DNA from: Camelus dromedarius
Lineage: Eukaryota
Length of the DNA stretch: 64,000 nt
Assembly: GCF_036321535.1 (NCBI RefSeq)
Contig: NC_087472.1
Span: 99,450,001-99,514,000, forward strand
Reading direction: 5' to 3'
This document shows, piece after piece, positions 1 to 12,559 of the stretch. The notes beneath the pieces were generated by a model. The model had not been told where the DNA came from. It saw only the letters and a list, made by a program, of their open reading frames with translations, and ran no database searches. A program made the position numbers and the translations under genes. Positions within the stretch are counted from its first letter, which is position 1; the number at the start of each line of letters is the position of its first letter.

Positions 1-238
1 AAGAATGAGGGCGTTTCCTACAGGCCATGGAGACGCTGAGGAAGAGGGTATCCGGGCTTAAGCATTCGTGCCTCCTCCCACTCAAGAGGGCTGCCTGCTA
101 GACAAAGGATCCTCAGCAGCAAGAGGCTTGGGGCATGCGCCTGATGGTAGTATCTGAGGGAGAGGGAGGAAAAAGAGGCTGAACCAGATCTCCATCAGGG
201 ACCTATATAGTGGGGAGACCCTCCATGGTCTTCTAAGA

Positions 239-396
239 CAGTGCTTCTCAGCCTTACTGTGTCCCCAGGGATCATCTGGGCATGTTACTAAAATGCAGGT
301 TCTGATTCAGTGAGTCTGGGATGGGGCCCTGCTGTTCCAACAGGACCCCAGGTCATCCAGATTCTGCTAGTCTGTGGACCACCTTGGAGTGCCAAA
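239..396. mobile_element. MER5-type hAT-Charlie MITE
   Basis: cagtgcttctca... start, aaaatgcaggttctgattcagtgagtctggga core, gtctgtggaccacctt end. Confidence 0.75.
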
Positions 397-406
397 GTCC
401 TAAATC

Positions 407-1932
407 ACTAGTTCTCACACTCTTTGTTTTCACGATCATTTTGCACTCTTAAAAATTTTTGAGGTCCCACAGAGCTTTCATTTGTGTGGGTTATAGCTGT
501 TGGTATTGACTGAATTCAAAATTAAAACTGAGAATTTTTATTGATTGATTCATTCATTTAAAAATAACAGTAAAGCCCATTACATGTTAGCATAAAGAAC
601 CTAGCTTTATGAAAAATGACCATAGTTTCCAAAGCAAAAAAGTTAGTGAGTGGCATTGTTTTACATTTTTGCAAATCTCTGACTTAACAGAAGACAGCTG
701 GATTCTCTCACATCTGTGTCTGATTCAGTTTGTAGCCTCATGCAGATATGTAGTTGGAAAAGAGAGGAGTTTTTTAATAACCTTTTCAGGTAATTGTAAG
801 TACTCTTCCTTGATACCACAGTAAAACTAAGAGATATTTTCTTAAAGATTAGTTGCAGTGTGGAATCTGAAACTGTAACAATGAACTTTTCATACTCTGT
901 TACATTAAAATCCATCTATCTTGCACTTTGAATGGATCTTTTACCGATATCTGATTTTGTAAAATCACACATTGATAATTTGAAAATATTGATTCACTGA
1001 GTTATGCAGATGTTCCAAATGTTTACCTATTCCATCATATAATTTCAAAAAGTCACATTTGTTAATATCCCCACTGATCTCACCAGTCAGCTCACTAGAA
1101 AACTTTTTAAGAACTGGGAAACTTTTAGTGGGGGAAGGGAATAGCTCAAGTGGAAGAGGGCATGCTTAGCGTGCACAAGGTCCTAGGTTCAATCCCCAGT
1201 GCCTCCATTAAAAATAAATAAGTAAATAAAACCTAATTACCGCCCCCCCCAAAAATGGACTGGGAAACTTTCAAAATGGTGAATACAACTTTTACAAAAT
1301 TTAGTTTTTGCTTGAGACCTAAAATTTTATCATTGACAGCAAATGATGTCAGTTGTTTTCCTTGAAGTGGTAGGTTTACTTCAGTCATTTGCAAGAAAAT
1401 GGCTGTCAAATACCTGAGTCTAAATAACCATAGTTTGTCTGTGAGGGAGTCTTTCAAGTCAAAATAATTGTCCATGAAAATCAGTGGCTAGTTCAGCTTG
1501 CAACTCAAACAACCGCACACATAATTGTTCTCAGGATGACCATCGTACTTTGAGATGCAGCAAAAGTGCTTTCTGCATACTTCCCATTTTATCACATGTA
1601 CTCAAAGGTCAAGATGTAACACAATTAGTAATTTTTACTGCTTCGTCAAGGACATTCTTAATTGAAATTGGATTCCTAATTGAAATTGGATTCTGTCTTG
1701 TTCTGTTTTGTTTTGTTACCAAGAGTGACAGCAACGAAGAATTCCATGACCACTAGTAGAGCTTAGTGCCACTGCCTGGATTTATGCTAAGGCACAGGCA
1801 GTTTTAGCCACCATTGCTTTTGCCCTATCATTGCCAATGCCAACACAGTGAAAAAGACGAATAACATCTCAGTGTTAATAAGAAAATATATTTGATCTTG
1901 CAGACCAAAGAAAGGGGCTCTGAGAACTGCTG
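407..1932 (-). mobile_element. Charlie1-type hAT DNA transposon with decayed transposase (internally deleted)
   Basis: Minus-strand peptides DFNVTEYEKF..VSDSTLQLIFKK (leading into the hAT dimerisation region) and LWLFRLRYLTAIF..VNLPLQGKQLT..NDKI are typical of Charlie/Buster transposases. TIR-like ends tagttctca / tgagaactgctg. Frameshifted. Confidence 0.85.
1130..1255 (+). mobile_element. Vic-1-type camelid tRNA-derived SINE inserted in the Charlie element
   Basis: A box tagctcaagtgg, B box ggttcaatccc, A-rich tail; 13-bp TSD actgggaaacttt at 1113-1125 and 1259-1271. Confidence 0.88.
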
Positions 1933-2464
1933 CCCTAAGGAACTCACCATGTGCCCCATCAGAAAGCCAGCATTTGGAAAGCTGCCATCAGAGGGTACAG
2001 GGGCAACAAAAAGGTCGCATCAACCAAGAAAGAGCAACAATAGCATCCCAATAAGCACAGATGTATTTTTGTATTAAGTAAAGGATATATTTTAGAGCTA
2101 GACCAGGCCTCTTCAACACAGCTCAACCTTAGGCTTGACAAGGAGAGGAAATGAGAGATTGAGATCAAAGTTGAGATTGAAATTTTAAGCTGGACTGGAC
2201 TTCTAGTAATCAAAAATGACCAGAAAGTTATGGAAACTGCCCAAGATGTCATTAAGAAAACGGAAAGGGCAATAAGACAGAGCACAGTTGGAAGCAGAGA
2301 TTAAAGCTAAATAAAACACTTTCATGTTTCTATCCCCACTGAGTTGAAACTCTTCATTAAAAAGTTATGCCTAGTCCCCCTTCCATTTATAATACATACA
2401 TATTTGAGCTAATTGAAAAGCTCCCTATGTGACATGCCATATTCCTTTTCTTCCTTGTCAACAT

Positions 2465-2590
2465 CATATCATTCATCTATTCAACAAAGTTCAGTTGGAT
2501 GCCTACTGTGCCAGGCACTCTTCAAAGGGCTTGGGAAACACCAACCAAAAAAACAGATGGATATTGTTGGGGGAGCTTATATTTGTAATT
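2465..2590 (-). mobile_element. L2 3'-end fragment
   Basis: attcatctattcaacaaa...gcctactgtgccaggcact. Confidence 0.7.
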
Positions 2591-3287
2591 GTTACTTTTT
2601 AAAGCTCTTTTTCAATTAACCATGCAGGCTCAGCTGCAAAGCATACTGGAATTTTGGAGCAGCATAGCAGGATTCAGTAGAGCCTGGCTAAATAGTCTGA
2701 GTGGTCCATAAGGCCATTCCCAAGGAACATGGCCAGCAGTCTATATCACAATGTTCCAGGGTCTGCTGGCTCCAACAGTCAAGGTTATCTGATAATCTAG
2801 TGAGCAGGAGCCCAAGAACAGAAGGCTCTGGGCAAGATTAATGAGAATGACAGCATCTTGATTTCAGTGGGATCTAGGAGGAACTCAATCCCAGCCGGTA
2901 GCTAGAGATGCAAGGGATAAAGTACAACTCCTTCAAGGAAGGAGGGCTTGGTGAGGGCTCCGCAGGGGTAGGGTCTTAGTCAAATGAGCTGGTGTCCACC
3001 TGGGAATTTTAGTAGTAGGAACAAAAACCAGTGCACAGGCTGGAATGGACACTCCAGATTGGGTTCGGAGCAAAGGACAGTTCACTGGGTGTGTGGCTGC
3101 CTCCTGCTGAGCTCTTTGAAGGATGTGTTCCAGGTCCAGCTTGAGACCATTAAAGATGCTACACTCTGAAAAGACACATAATGTAGAATGAAAACCATTC
3201 TAAGCCAGAAAAGTATAAGGAAGTCCAACAAAGTTCTGCTTTTTCCCGTGGAGTCATCTTCAAAGTTGTCTCAGTATCCAATTCCTT

Positions 3288-3290
<3 letters not shown>

Positions 3291-3334
<44 letters not shown>
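3291..3334. repeat. (GT)22 microsatellite
   Basis: Direct read. Confidence 0.98.
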
Positions 3335-3335
<1 letters not shown>

Positions 3336-3928
3336 CCTGGTCTCATGTTTAGCCTGTCTCAGGGGTCATCTATACTGGTCTGTCCCCAGCCCAACAGGAA
3401 ACGTCAAGGACATATGATGGGAAACTCCACAGTCAACCACTAGCATTCATGTGATTAACCCTGAGCAGGCCTTCAGTCTCATTACTCCCCCTCATTATGC
3501 CCTCAGCCTGTCCCTTCACCTCTGACTTTATCTTTACTCAGCACTTCCAGTTTGTGACCCAACCACTCTACTGCTCCAATACTCAGTGGTCATATTTCAT
3601 TCCTCGACTTTTCTTTGTCCACTCGTGGTGCTTCCTTGAAACAGCTCTTTTAGGAATGGTCCCCTTCAGTTCCTCTCTAAGTCCTCTTCATACCCCGGAC
3701 TTCCTGAGGAAACTTAACTGGACACCATCTGGTTTCCCACTCCCAACCCCAGCCTGGACCCTGGAGGAAAGAGATGAAGCACATAAACCTTACCTCTCCC
3801 TCTCTATCTCTCTCCCCAGGCAATAGTCTTAAGACTCCAGGGAATTGCATAGGCTTCAGAAAATGGTAGATCAATAAAAAAATAATGCTAACATCCTTAC
3901 ATTTAATTACCATAAAGGTGTCAAAGCG

Positions 3929-4552
3929 CAGCTTCTCAAGATGTTGTTATGTTATGCCACATGCATCAAATCATCCTAGGGTGCTTGTTAAAAATGCAGA
4001 TTACTGGGCTCAACTCCAGACCAACTATCTTAGTCTGAGTTCCCTCAGAAACAGACGCTGAGACAAGGATTCAATTGCAGGAAGTTGATTTGAGAGGTGG
4101 TCCCAGGAAACACTGATAAGGGAGAGTGAGGAAAGACATGGAATGGAAGGCAGCCAATATAAGGTGTACTCTCATGCCAGTTACTACTGTGGGCGACTGG
4201 AGCTTAATCCCATTGGGAACTTTGGAAACAATATAGTACATTCATCCCAGAACTTCGCCGCTAAAGAGGAGAGGGAGTTGAGATGTTTGGACACCAACTC
4301 CCCTCAGTCATTGATTGAAGCTGCACTTGGGTGGTGTTAATTCCCTGGTACTTGTGACCTGTGAAATCATCGCCCTCTGGTGAAGAGATGAAGGTGCTAG
4401 AAGCTGGGGGTCGGGTTGGGCACACTGAAATGGTAAGGGCTGAAGAAATATAGGCAGGGACTGGACATCATCTGCTACACCAACTGAGCCAACATGCTCA
4501 TGTGTGGGGCTGGAATCTACATTTTGAACAAACTCCCTGCACTACAGTTGGA
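3929..4552. mobile_element. MER5A-type MITE split by an LTR insertion
   Basis: cttgttaaaaatgcagattactgggctc before 4026; ggaatctacattttgaacaaactccc after 4484. Confidence 0.65.
4026..4479 (-). mobile_element. ERVL LTR16 (LTR16C-like) solo LTR
   Basis: Reverse complement starts tgtagcagatg...cccttaccatttcagtg; 5-bp TSD CCAAC at 4021-4025 and 4480-4484. Confidence 0.82.
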
Positions 4553-5339
4553 GAATGTAGAGTAATAAGAAAATATAGTACAAGTGGGATTTGATTTCTA
4601 ATTTCCTAATGGCTTCTGTGAATAAGAAGACACTTCTACTCTATCATCCCTCTCCCACAAAAAAAAAAAAAAATCCAATTTTAGTAAGCCCTCCTTTCCT
4701 TATAATGAAATCATAGAACTTGAGTCTACCACTCACCATTATAATCCCTAGGCTGAATTTCCATTTTGTACCAGGGGAGCTATTTTAGACAAACCCTGTG
4801 AACTTAAATAGGGAAAGTGATTCATTGGCATGTAAGGTCCGTTTCATGTTGATGTCAGGATGGAGAAATCAGATGGTGCTAAATGTTCTCTCAGGTCAAT
4901 ACTTGATGACTTCATAGCTTTCACCAGCGTTTTTAATGGTTCAACATTTAGCACTCAAGTCCAGGAGCTTTTTGGCAGCTCTTTGTGAAGGGGGAGGCAG
5001 GGGGAGATGCTATCGAAAGGTTTTTTCAAAAGGTTAGTTAATGCACTAGGGCATGGATTTCATTACATGATCGCATAACACTGAGAGGCAGAACATATAG
5101 TGGGCAATCTAAAAATAATTACTGCTCAGATGTTGATTACCAAGGGTTGGCCATGAGCCGGACTTTGGAAATGTGAAGCTGGAGGCTGAGAGAGTGGGTT
5201 CCTGGGACCCCGATCTTCGATAAGGCTACAGATTGGGAGGGACCAAAATCAATTTCCAGCTATTGCAAGTCTCGCTCACTTTCCCTTCCTGTTCTCCATA
5301 ATCATTAGCTACTCTACATCCACGGGAACTACAAACGGC

Positions 5340-5460
5340 TGATAAAGGGCTCTAATAGTCCTTCTTTGCCACAGTCAGGAGACATCTTATGTATGTGAAA
5401 TATCAACGTAACTCATCATTAATGCTTATCTGTGGTGGGTGCCTTGCTCTTTCTATAACA
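5340..5460 (+). mobile_element. Ancient SINE fragment (MamSINE1-like), copy 1
   Basis: Shares a 24/25-nt core with 8193-8217; family name from recall. Confidence 0.5.
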
Positions 5461-5855
5461 CTACCCTGCCAGGAAAGTGCGACGATTGACTGAACACCAA
5501 GGGAAGAAACTAGCCCCGGGTGTGGAGCTGAAGGTTGTCCTAAGAGAATCAGTCAGAAACACTCAGGAAAAGCAGAGAAGTGAATGCATATAACTGAGAC
5601 AGACATTCGGAACTTCCATCCTTTGCCAGAGCACTCACAACGTAGCTAAGTCCTTGTTTCTTTTCTTGCCTGTCTCTCCTCCCTTCTGCCACCCCTCATT
5701 GAGAGTTCCTTGAAGGCAGAGCTAAGTCCTGATCATTCTTGAATCTTCTCTGCCTGGTATCCAGTAAGCTCCCACTGCATTTTGGTTGAGTGAATAAATG
5801 GATGATAATTATTTTTAAAAAGAGATTTGTAATGCCAAAAAATAAGAATGGGCTG

Positions 5856-5948
5856 AAAGAAAGAAGAAAAGAGAAAGAGAAAAAGAAGACAAAGAAGAAA
5901 GAAGAGGAAGAGGAGAAGAAGGAAGGAGGAAGAAAGGAAGAAAGAAAA
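5856..5948. repeat. GA-rich polypurine low-complexity tract
   Basis: Almost pure A/G run (gaaagaaagaagaaaagagaaag...). Confidence 0.9.
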
Positions 5949-5959
5949 TATAGGACCCA

Positions 5960-6838
5960 ATTGAAAGAGCTCCCAGTGATCAACGCTAGAACAGTTTGAA
6001 TAACAAAATAAAGTAGTGTTGGATTATAACTCAAAGGATATAATAAATATCCATGAACCCATGCTGATATAAATAAATGATTGACTAAATTAATAAATGG
6101 GGGAGAAACAAGTCTTTCATGCAGAAGAATTGAAAATGAATTTTGTGGATACTCCACCCTAAAGGAAGTGGACCATAACTTCCCACTCCTTAAATGTGGG
6201 CTGTGCAGAGTGACTTCCCTCCAAAAAGGACTGTATAGGAAGGAGAAAAAAGAGGAGTAACCTTGCAGTGGAGAGACCTGACAAACCGTGTGTTAGCTGG
6301 ATGACCAATGTTAACATCAAAAGTCGTCAGTCATGTAGATAGTATGGGCCCTTGATAGCATGTGATGAAAAATGGCACTTTACTTCCGTGGTCTCCTCCC
6401 CAAAACCCATGACCCCAGGTCAATCATGGGAAAACATCAGACACATCCCAATAGAGGGGCATCCCACAAAGTGCCCGACCAGTCCTCCTCAAAACTGTCA
6501 GGGTCATCAAAAACAAGGAAAATCTGAGAAACTGTCACAGCCCGGAGGAGCCCAAGGAGACATGCCAACTGATGTGACATGGTCTCCCAGATGAGATCCT
6601 GGGGAAAAGGACATGAAGGGAAATATGGAAATCTGAATAAACCATGGGCTTTGGTTAATAATAATAATGTATCCTTTTTGGTTCATGAATTGTAATAAGT
6701 GTATCTTGCTAAGGTAAAGTAATAACAGGAAACTGTGTGAGGTCGTGGGAGAGGTGAGGTATATGGGAACAATCTCTACTATCTGATCACTTTTTGCTGT
6801 TAATATAGAACTGTTATAAAAATAAAGTCTCTTTTGAA
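5960..6838 (+). mobile_element. Old L1 (L1MC-type) 3' UTR fragment, followed by a GA-rich tail to about 6898
   Basis: ataactccccactccttaaatgtgggctg, aaaactgtcagggtcatcaaaaacaaggaaa, aaaaataaagt end. Confidence 0.82.
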
Positions 6839-7967
6839 AAAGAGAGAGAGAAGGGAAGGAGGAAGGGAGAGAGGGAAGGAGTGGAAGAGAAAGGAGGATT
6901 TAGCTGTGTGCTATAGGCCATGGCCAGGCCGGCTACAGAAAACCTGTAAGTAACCATAAATGGAAAACTCCAAGGGCCTGCAGTGAAGGCACCGATAAGA
7001 GGCAGTTGCCCCTGTGATGCTCCAGCAAGAATTTCAGGCCTGAGTGAGGGCCTTGCTGAGTGCCAGCCTTACGTGATTGTACAAGTGGTCTCTGGATGCT
7101 GCCATGGCTGGAGTTTAAAAGGCAGTGGGCCCACAACTCTGGGTTCCCCTGGCCTAGGGGACATCTCACTGTTTTCAGACTGCCAAGATCACTAAGAAAA
7201 GCCAGAGAAGTGATGGGGAGCTGCATCTACATCATTGCGTTCTTATCTCATATGTATTTCGTGCATGGTTTATTAGCTGCTTTGGGGGAAATCGGAAGTA
7301 AAAGCAACCTCGAGGTGAGCACAGGTTGTCGGTCTCGCCCATCCTGACCCCTAGGCTAGAAACGGGCCTAGTCCCTCTGTAATCGTGGACTAGTTTGGAC
7401 CCGAGGTTGCCTCCCCCAGTAAATACTGCTGCTAACTTCCATTCTGAATACTGTATCTGGCCTGCCTGCTGAACTATCATCGTTTGAGGGCTTTCTGGGC
7501 GCTGGCATGCTTTCGTGTTGTTGCATTAGTGCTCCTGTTTACGCACGGGGGGTGATCTTTCCCCGCCTGGAAATGGGGACCTGAAGTTGTAGGAGGTGTT
7601 GTGATCACATCACTAAAGGCAGAGTTCTTCTTTACACTTCCTGATGGGGGGGAAAGCAGGATAGACAAGGTGGTCATCACGGGAGACTCCAAGCCCCTGA
7701 TGGTCTCACAACGTCTGCAGTCCACAGTTCTAATTCTGTCTGCCCCACAATCCCGGGTGAACCCCGCGTCAGTGAGACAGCCTCATACAGAGATTAGCAT
7801 AACTGTTAGCATAACACAGCCAAGAGCCAGAGCCCCTCGGTTTTATTCCAGTTCTGCCCCGACTAGTTAGAACATTCCTCAGTATTGATGCTAACAGACA
7901 TTCCACGGTGGTAACAGCACAGAATATGCTGAGGACTTGGTCACATCTCTTTGTTCCATTCATTTTG

Positions 7968-8450
7968 ATAATAACTAACATTTATATCGCAGTTTGCAGT
8001 GTTCACACGAACCTTATCTCAGTTGATTTTCAAAAGAATTCTCTGAGATAACCAGAAGATTAGTTATTGTCTCCGTTTTGCAGAAGAGGAAGCCAAGGCT
8101 CAGAGAAATTAAGCAACTGGTAACAAACCAATGTGGCAACAAAAACAGTTAAGGGTGCAGGCAACTTAGCAGATGGCTCCTCCTGAAGCCTCCAGTCAGG
8201 AGCCATCTTATGTATGTTAGATATTATGTTAATGGTGTTTCTTGGGGCGCCCTTCCTGGTCTTTTTATAAGTCTCATAGATTGGATTTTTTTATCACAAA
8301 CTCTCGTAAGCCTTCAAATTGGGCTCATTGTTAAAAATGAAGAAAGAGGTTCAGTTACTTGGCCACTATCACACCACTGAGAAGACCGCAGCAAATAAGA
8401 ATCCAGACCTAATAAGACAACAGAACCCCTGTTCTTCCTTCTCAATCACA
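7968..8450 (-). mobile_element. MIR pieces flanking a MamSINE1-like element (about 8130-8340, + strand)
   Basis: MIR core ccgttttgcagaagaggaagccaaggctcagaga; insert taagggtgcaggcaacttagc...cagtcaggagccatcttatgtatgttagatatta. Confidence 0.65.
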
Positions 8451-8494
8451 GTCCTTTCCTAAAGTTACACCCTCCCTGAGTGACATCCTTCACA

Positions 8495-9370
8495 CCTATA
8501 GCATGTTAACCATCAAATCTGTCTCCAGCCCTGACTTCTCCTGAACTCCAGATCCATTTATACAACTGTTAGAATCTCCACTTGGTGTCCCATACACACC
8601 TCTAGGCCAACATATCCTAAACTGAAGTCATGCATCTCCGAAACCTGCTCCTTCTTGGGGACTTCTGACTGCAGTTAATAGCGCCACCGTCCAGCCCACT
8701 GCGCACATCAGAAACATGGGGGTCCCATGACAGCACTTCCTCTCCCTTATCCCCCGCCCCCTGCTCAGTTGGTGAGTCTTGGCAATTCTTTCTCCTAAAC
8801 ATGTCTCCAACTACTCTACTGCTCCGTCTCCCCTGCGTCTCTCAATCTTTATCCTTTATCTTCTGCAGTAGATTCCCCAGTGACCTCCTTGCCTCAGGTC
8901 TCACCCCACCGCTCAAATTCTTCTCTGCCTGGCAGAGTAGCCCTCCTGGATCTGGCCCTGCTCAGCTACCATTCCAGCCTCACTACCCTCACTTTCCCTC
9001 GGGCACATGGTGTGCAAATCCAAAGTGCAACCAATCCACAAACAGCCAGACACCTACTGCCTGGAATGCCCTGTCTCCGTCTTCAAGACTCAGTTCAACA
9101 ACAACTGTCAGACACTTCCTCTATGAAGCATGCCACTCCCCAGGGAAAGTTGCTTCCTGCCTCCTTTGTCACACTATTGTGTCTTGCCCTTGCCCTTCTT
9201 CGGGCCCTTCTCACAATTCTTTGCTTGTATGCCTTCCCACCACCGCTACCACCATGCTGGGAGATCCTGGAGAACAAAGATCAGGCCCTATTCATTCTAG
9301 CCCAGGGCCCAACATGCAGTAGGCACTCCATCAGTGTGCATTCAGCATATGCTGGGATTCATCACTGAAT
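8495..9370 (+). mobile_element. L2 3' region
   Basis: ctccagccctgacttctcctgaactccaga ... cagtaggcactc terminus. Confidence 0.8.
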
Positions 9371-9374
9371 TTTA

Positions 9375-9715
9375 GAACCACTGAAGGAAACTTACAGTGA
9401 GCCTACTCCACGCCAAATCCTCATTTTACAGACAATGATATCAAGGTTCAGAGAGGATATGACTTGCTGAGCTATATGACTACTTGGCAGCAATGGTAAT
9501 AAATAGATTCAAATCTCCTGAGCAGCTTCACTCCTTTATCAGCTCTCTTTCCATGATTCCTCATTGCCTTTCAGACTCCAAGTAGAAAAGCCATTACGCC
9601 TGTCAGTGTCTCTGTTTCCACTCATAGACAACGGAAATTAGTAATGTGTTCCCTTTCCACAGCATAGGGATTTTATTTAACAATGGCTGAATGATGCCTG
9701 TAAAAATGCTTTGAC
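9375..9715. mobile_element. Two MIR fragments in opposite orientations
   Basis: cctcattttacagacaatga..aggttcagagag, and tcagtgtctctgtttccactcat...gtaaaaatgcttt. Confidence 0.55.
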
Positions 9716-10129
9716 TTCAGACATGAGATACACCACAGCCAAGACTCAGCGGCCCACCACTTTGATTTCAACTTCTCAGTTTACTCTCTCACTTCCTCTA
9801 TTGACTTTTCCTCCCATGCAGCCTGCAGCCCAGCAGAAGCTGGAGGAGAAAGAGATTTGCGATTTCCTCTTCCACTCCAACTCCACTTAAATGAGAAAGA
9901 TACTGTAAACAAAATAAGTCAAAGGTTCCTTTACAGCAGCATTAAAAATATTGCCATTGATTAGCAGCTCAGAATGAGAATAAAAGGAGGTTCAAGTTTG
10001 GAGTCTTGCGCTGGGAGTGATTATGACACGATTCTCAAACTCCGTATCTACCCATATGTATGTGTACAGTCTAGGAGGCCTGCCAGTCTAGAAGGTTTTT
10101 TTTTTTTTAATTCTGACATTCTTTTAAAA

Positions 10130-10414
10130 GGAGGAGGTGGGTTAACTTGAAAACTAACAAGGTCATAAAGGACAAAGAAAGGCTTTGGAAATGTTCCCAA
10201 TTAAAGGAGGCTGAAAAGACACGACAATTAAATGCTATATTTGACCCCGTACTCGATCCTGTATTGGAGGGAAAAGATGTCGTAAAGACCATTATTGGAT
10301 CAACTGACAAAACTGGAGTGAGAACGAACCCTGCTCTTAGGAAATACACAGTGAAGTATTTAGGGGTAAAGCCTCATGGTGCATGTGATTTATCCTCAGA
10401 TGGTTCAGAAAAAC

Positions 10415-10468
<54 letters not shown>

Positions 10469-10645
10469 AGATAATGTGATAGAAAGATACAGAGAGAAAA
10501 TATAAAGGAAATGAGGCAAAATGCTCACAGTAAGTGAATAAGTGAATCTAGGTAAGGCATTTACAGATGTTATTTATACTATGTTTATCCCTGCCGTTTT
10601 TCTGTTAGTTTGAAATTATTTCCATATAATGTATTTTTTAAAAAT
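10130..10645 (+). mobile_element. L1MC4/5-type 3' fragment containing (TG)25 at 10418-10467
   Basis: aaggtcataaaggacaaagaaaggctttggaaatgttcc; ctcagatggttcagaaaaa; TG run read directly. Confidence 0.8.
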
Positions 10646-11543
10646 CATGAGTGAACAAGAGTTTGCATCTGTGATATTTACGAAGTTCAGTTTGCTCTGT
10701 CTCTAGCTAGCTAGCTAGCTTCAGGAATCATGTCCCTGACTGTGTTAAAAGGTATAAGGATTAAAAAGACAAATAGGTATAATATTTTCTTTAAATAGTT
10801 CACTTCTAGTTCAGAAGAGAGGACATAAACACACAAAAAGATAGAAATAATAATATTATTAGTGGCGAATGCTGAAATCCAAATGGGTAATAGCAACAAA
10901 AGGGATTCCAGGGCCTCAGAGAGGAGACGGAATGGGAGTCTGGCCTGTGACAGGGGGCTGGGTCTAGAAAGGAGCAGAAGTAAGGAAAGGACGGTCCAAC
11001 GGGGGGTGGGGTGCCGTGGAGCCAAGGTGTGGAGTTGGGAAAGGGTGCCCTGTCATAAGTGGTATGATTAGAAAGGTTTCATGGGAAGGAGTAGGCAAAG
11101 ATTAGGGTAGAAATGTAGGCTGGGGCCAACTAGGGACACCTGGAAATGCCAGGTTAAGGAGTTTGGGCTTTATTCCAGAGGCCAGAGGTCAGCAATCTCT
11201 TGGAAGTCGCTGAGCCCTCTTTCTTCTGCACAACAGAGATAAAGCTGGAAGTGGCCTGGGCTAGTGACCATGCAGAGACACTGGAAAGGCTCAGATACTT
11301 AAGGAACATCTCCCTCTTAGGTCCTATCAATCAGAAATCCATTTGAAAACAGGACTATTTTTTCGGAGTTAATTTGGTACTTGTTCACAATGGAGTGCAC
11401 TTCATCAGATAATCATGTCTTGCTCTTAACACGTGGCTGTTTTCAGCTATGTTATTAGCCATGCTGAGGGAATGGAAATTTTTAAAAGACAACGGAGAGC
11501 AGTAATTTTTGAGAATTGAGTAAGGGAATACTGAGAGGGCAGG

Positions 11544-12402
11544 TATGTTAGTCAGGGTAATTAATGCTAGCTGCTGTAACAACAACAGAAAAGCTCGACA
11601 TAGTTAAGTTCTGTTTTTCATTCATTCATGTCGCCATCTGGTACAAGTGGGACAGCTCTCCTTAGTAGGTCCGCTCCAACCAGTGACTCAGGAATCCAGG
11701 CAACTTCTGTCTTATGATGACCTCTGAAGTCACCCTGGAAAGGAAGATTGAGAGGGATGATCACACCAGGAGGTTTGTGGCCATGTCTGGAGGTGATCTA
11801 TATTACTTCTGCCCATGTGTCAGAGCCTAGTCACCTGGGCTCAACAAGATTGCAAGAGCCACTGGAATATGTAGTTGTTTTCTGTGTGCCCAGGAGAAGG
11901 AAATGGGATGGTGAGTTTGGGGTTCCCCCGAGAGCCAACTCTGAGACAAGGATATGGTACTAACAGCTTAGGTGAGAGGTGATCTTGGAACACCAGTAGA
12001 AGAGTAGGGAACTGAGAGAGAAAGGCAAGGAACCCATACAGAGTATGTTAATAAGCATACCCTGAGCACCTCAGGCTCAATCCTACTGGGGACTATGGGG
12101 GAGACTGTATAGAATTAGCCCTGAGTTGTTCCACCTGAGAGGTAAGCAAGTTGAGCTATTTATCCACTAACTAATGTCCTTTGGTTGAAAGCTGCTCCCT
12201 AGGAAATTAACTCTCCAGCATTTCTGGCAAGCAGGCAAGCATGCCCCAGCTGCCAGAGAAAGTCCTCAGGCAGAGAGTACATGTGCTTGTGTATGACGCC
12301 AACAGTGTGTACTGAACGGTGAGTGCTGAACGCGTGTGAGAGGGACATCAACAGCATCTGCCACGGTGAGCACCCACCCGGATCTTCTGGCCTCTGCCAC
12401 AC
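11544..12402 (-). mobile_element. MLT1 (MLT1J-like) LTR interrupted by an LTR16-type LTR at about 11916-12365
   Basis: MLT1 end gctagctgctgtaacaa and start ctctgccaca; insert has ggttccccc..actctgagacaagga..acagcatctgccac; possible TSD gtgag at 11911 and 12366. Confidence 0.72.
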
Positions 12403-12559
12403 ACATGACCTTGATGGAAGGGCTCCTGGGAGGCCAGAGCACGCCCCGAGGCTATGGCTCTGGGCTAAGCCCTAGAAATGCATAGCTAATAAGCCCGCCT
12501 GGATGGGTCCAAGGCAGTCCATTTATAGGTGAGCATTTGGAAATACTTCCCATTCTCTA

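Noticed and set aside
661..1475. Domesticated hAT transposase gene (ZBED/FAM200-like)
   Set aside because: Frameshifted, internally deleted and interrupted by a SINE; an ordinary Charlie fossil.
1659..1694. 18-bp tandem duplication taattgaaattggattcc/t (similar small ones at about 40814-40839 and (TAGC)4 at about 10704)
   Set aside because: Ordinary slippage events, mostly within dead repeats.
5696..6157. 153-aa hydrophobic ORF and the Lys/Glu-rich ORF on the opposite strand
   Set aside because: Arises from the GA-rich simple repeat plus L1 3' UTR.
8801..9368. 173-aa and 162-aa ORFs
   Set aside because: Lie within L2 3' sequence, with no recognisable protein domain or exon structure.
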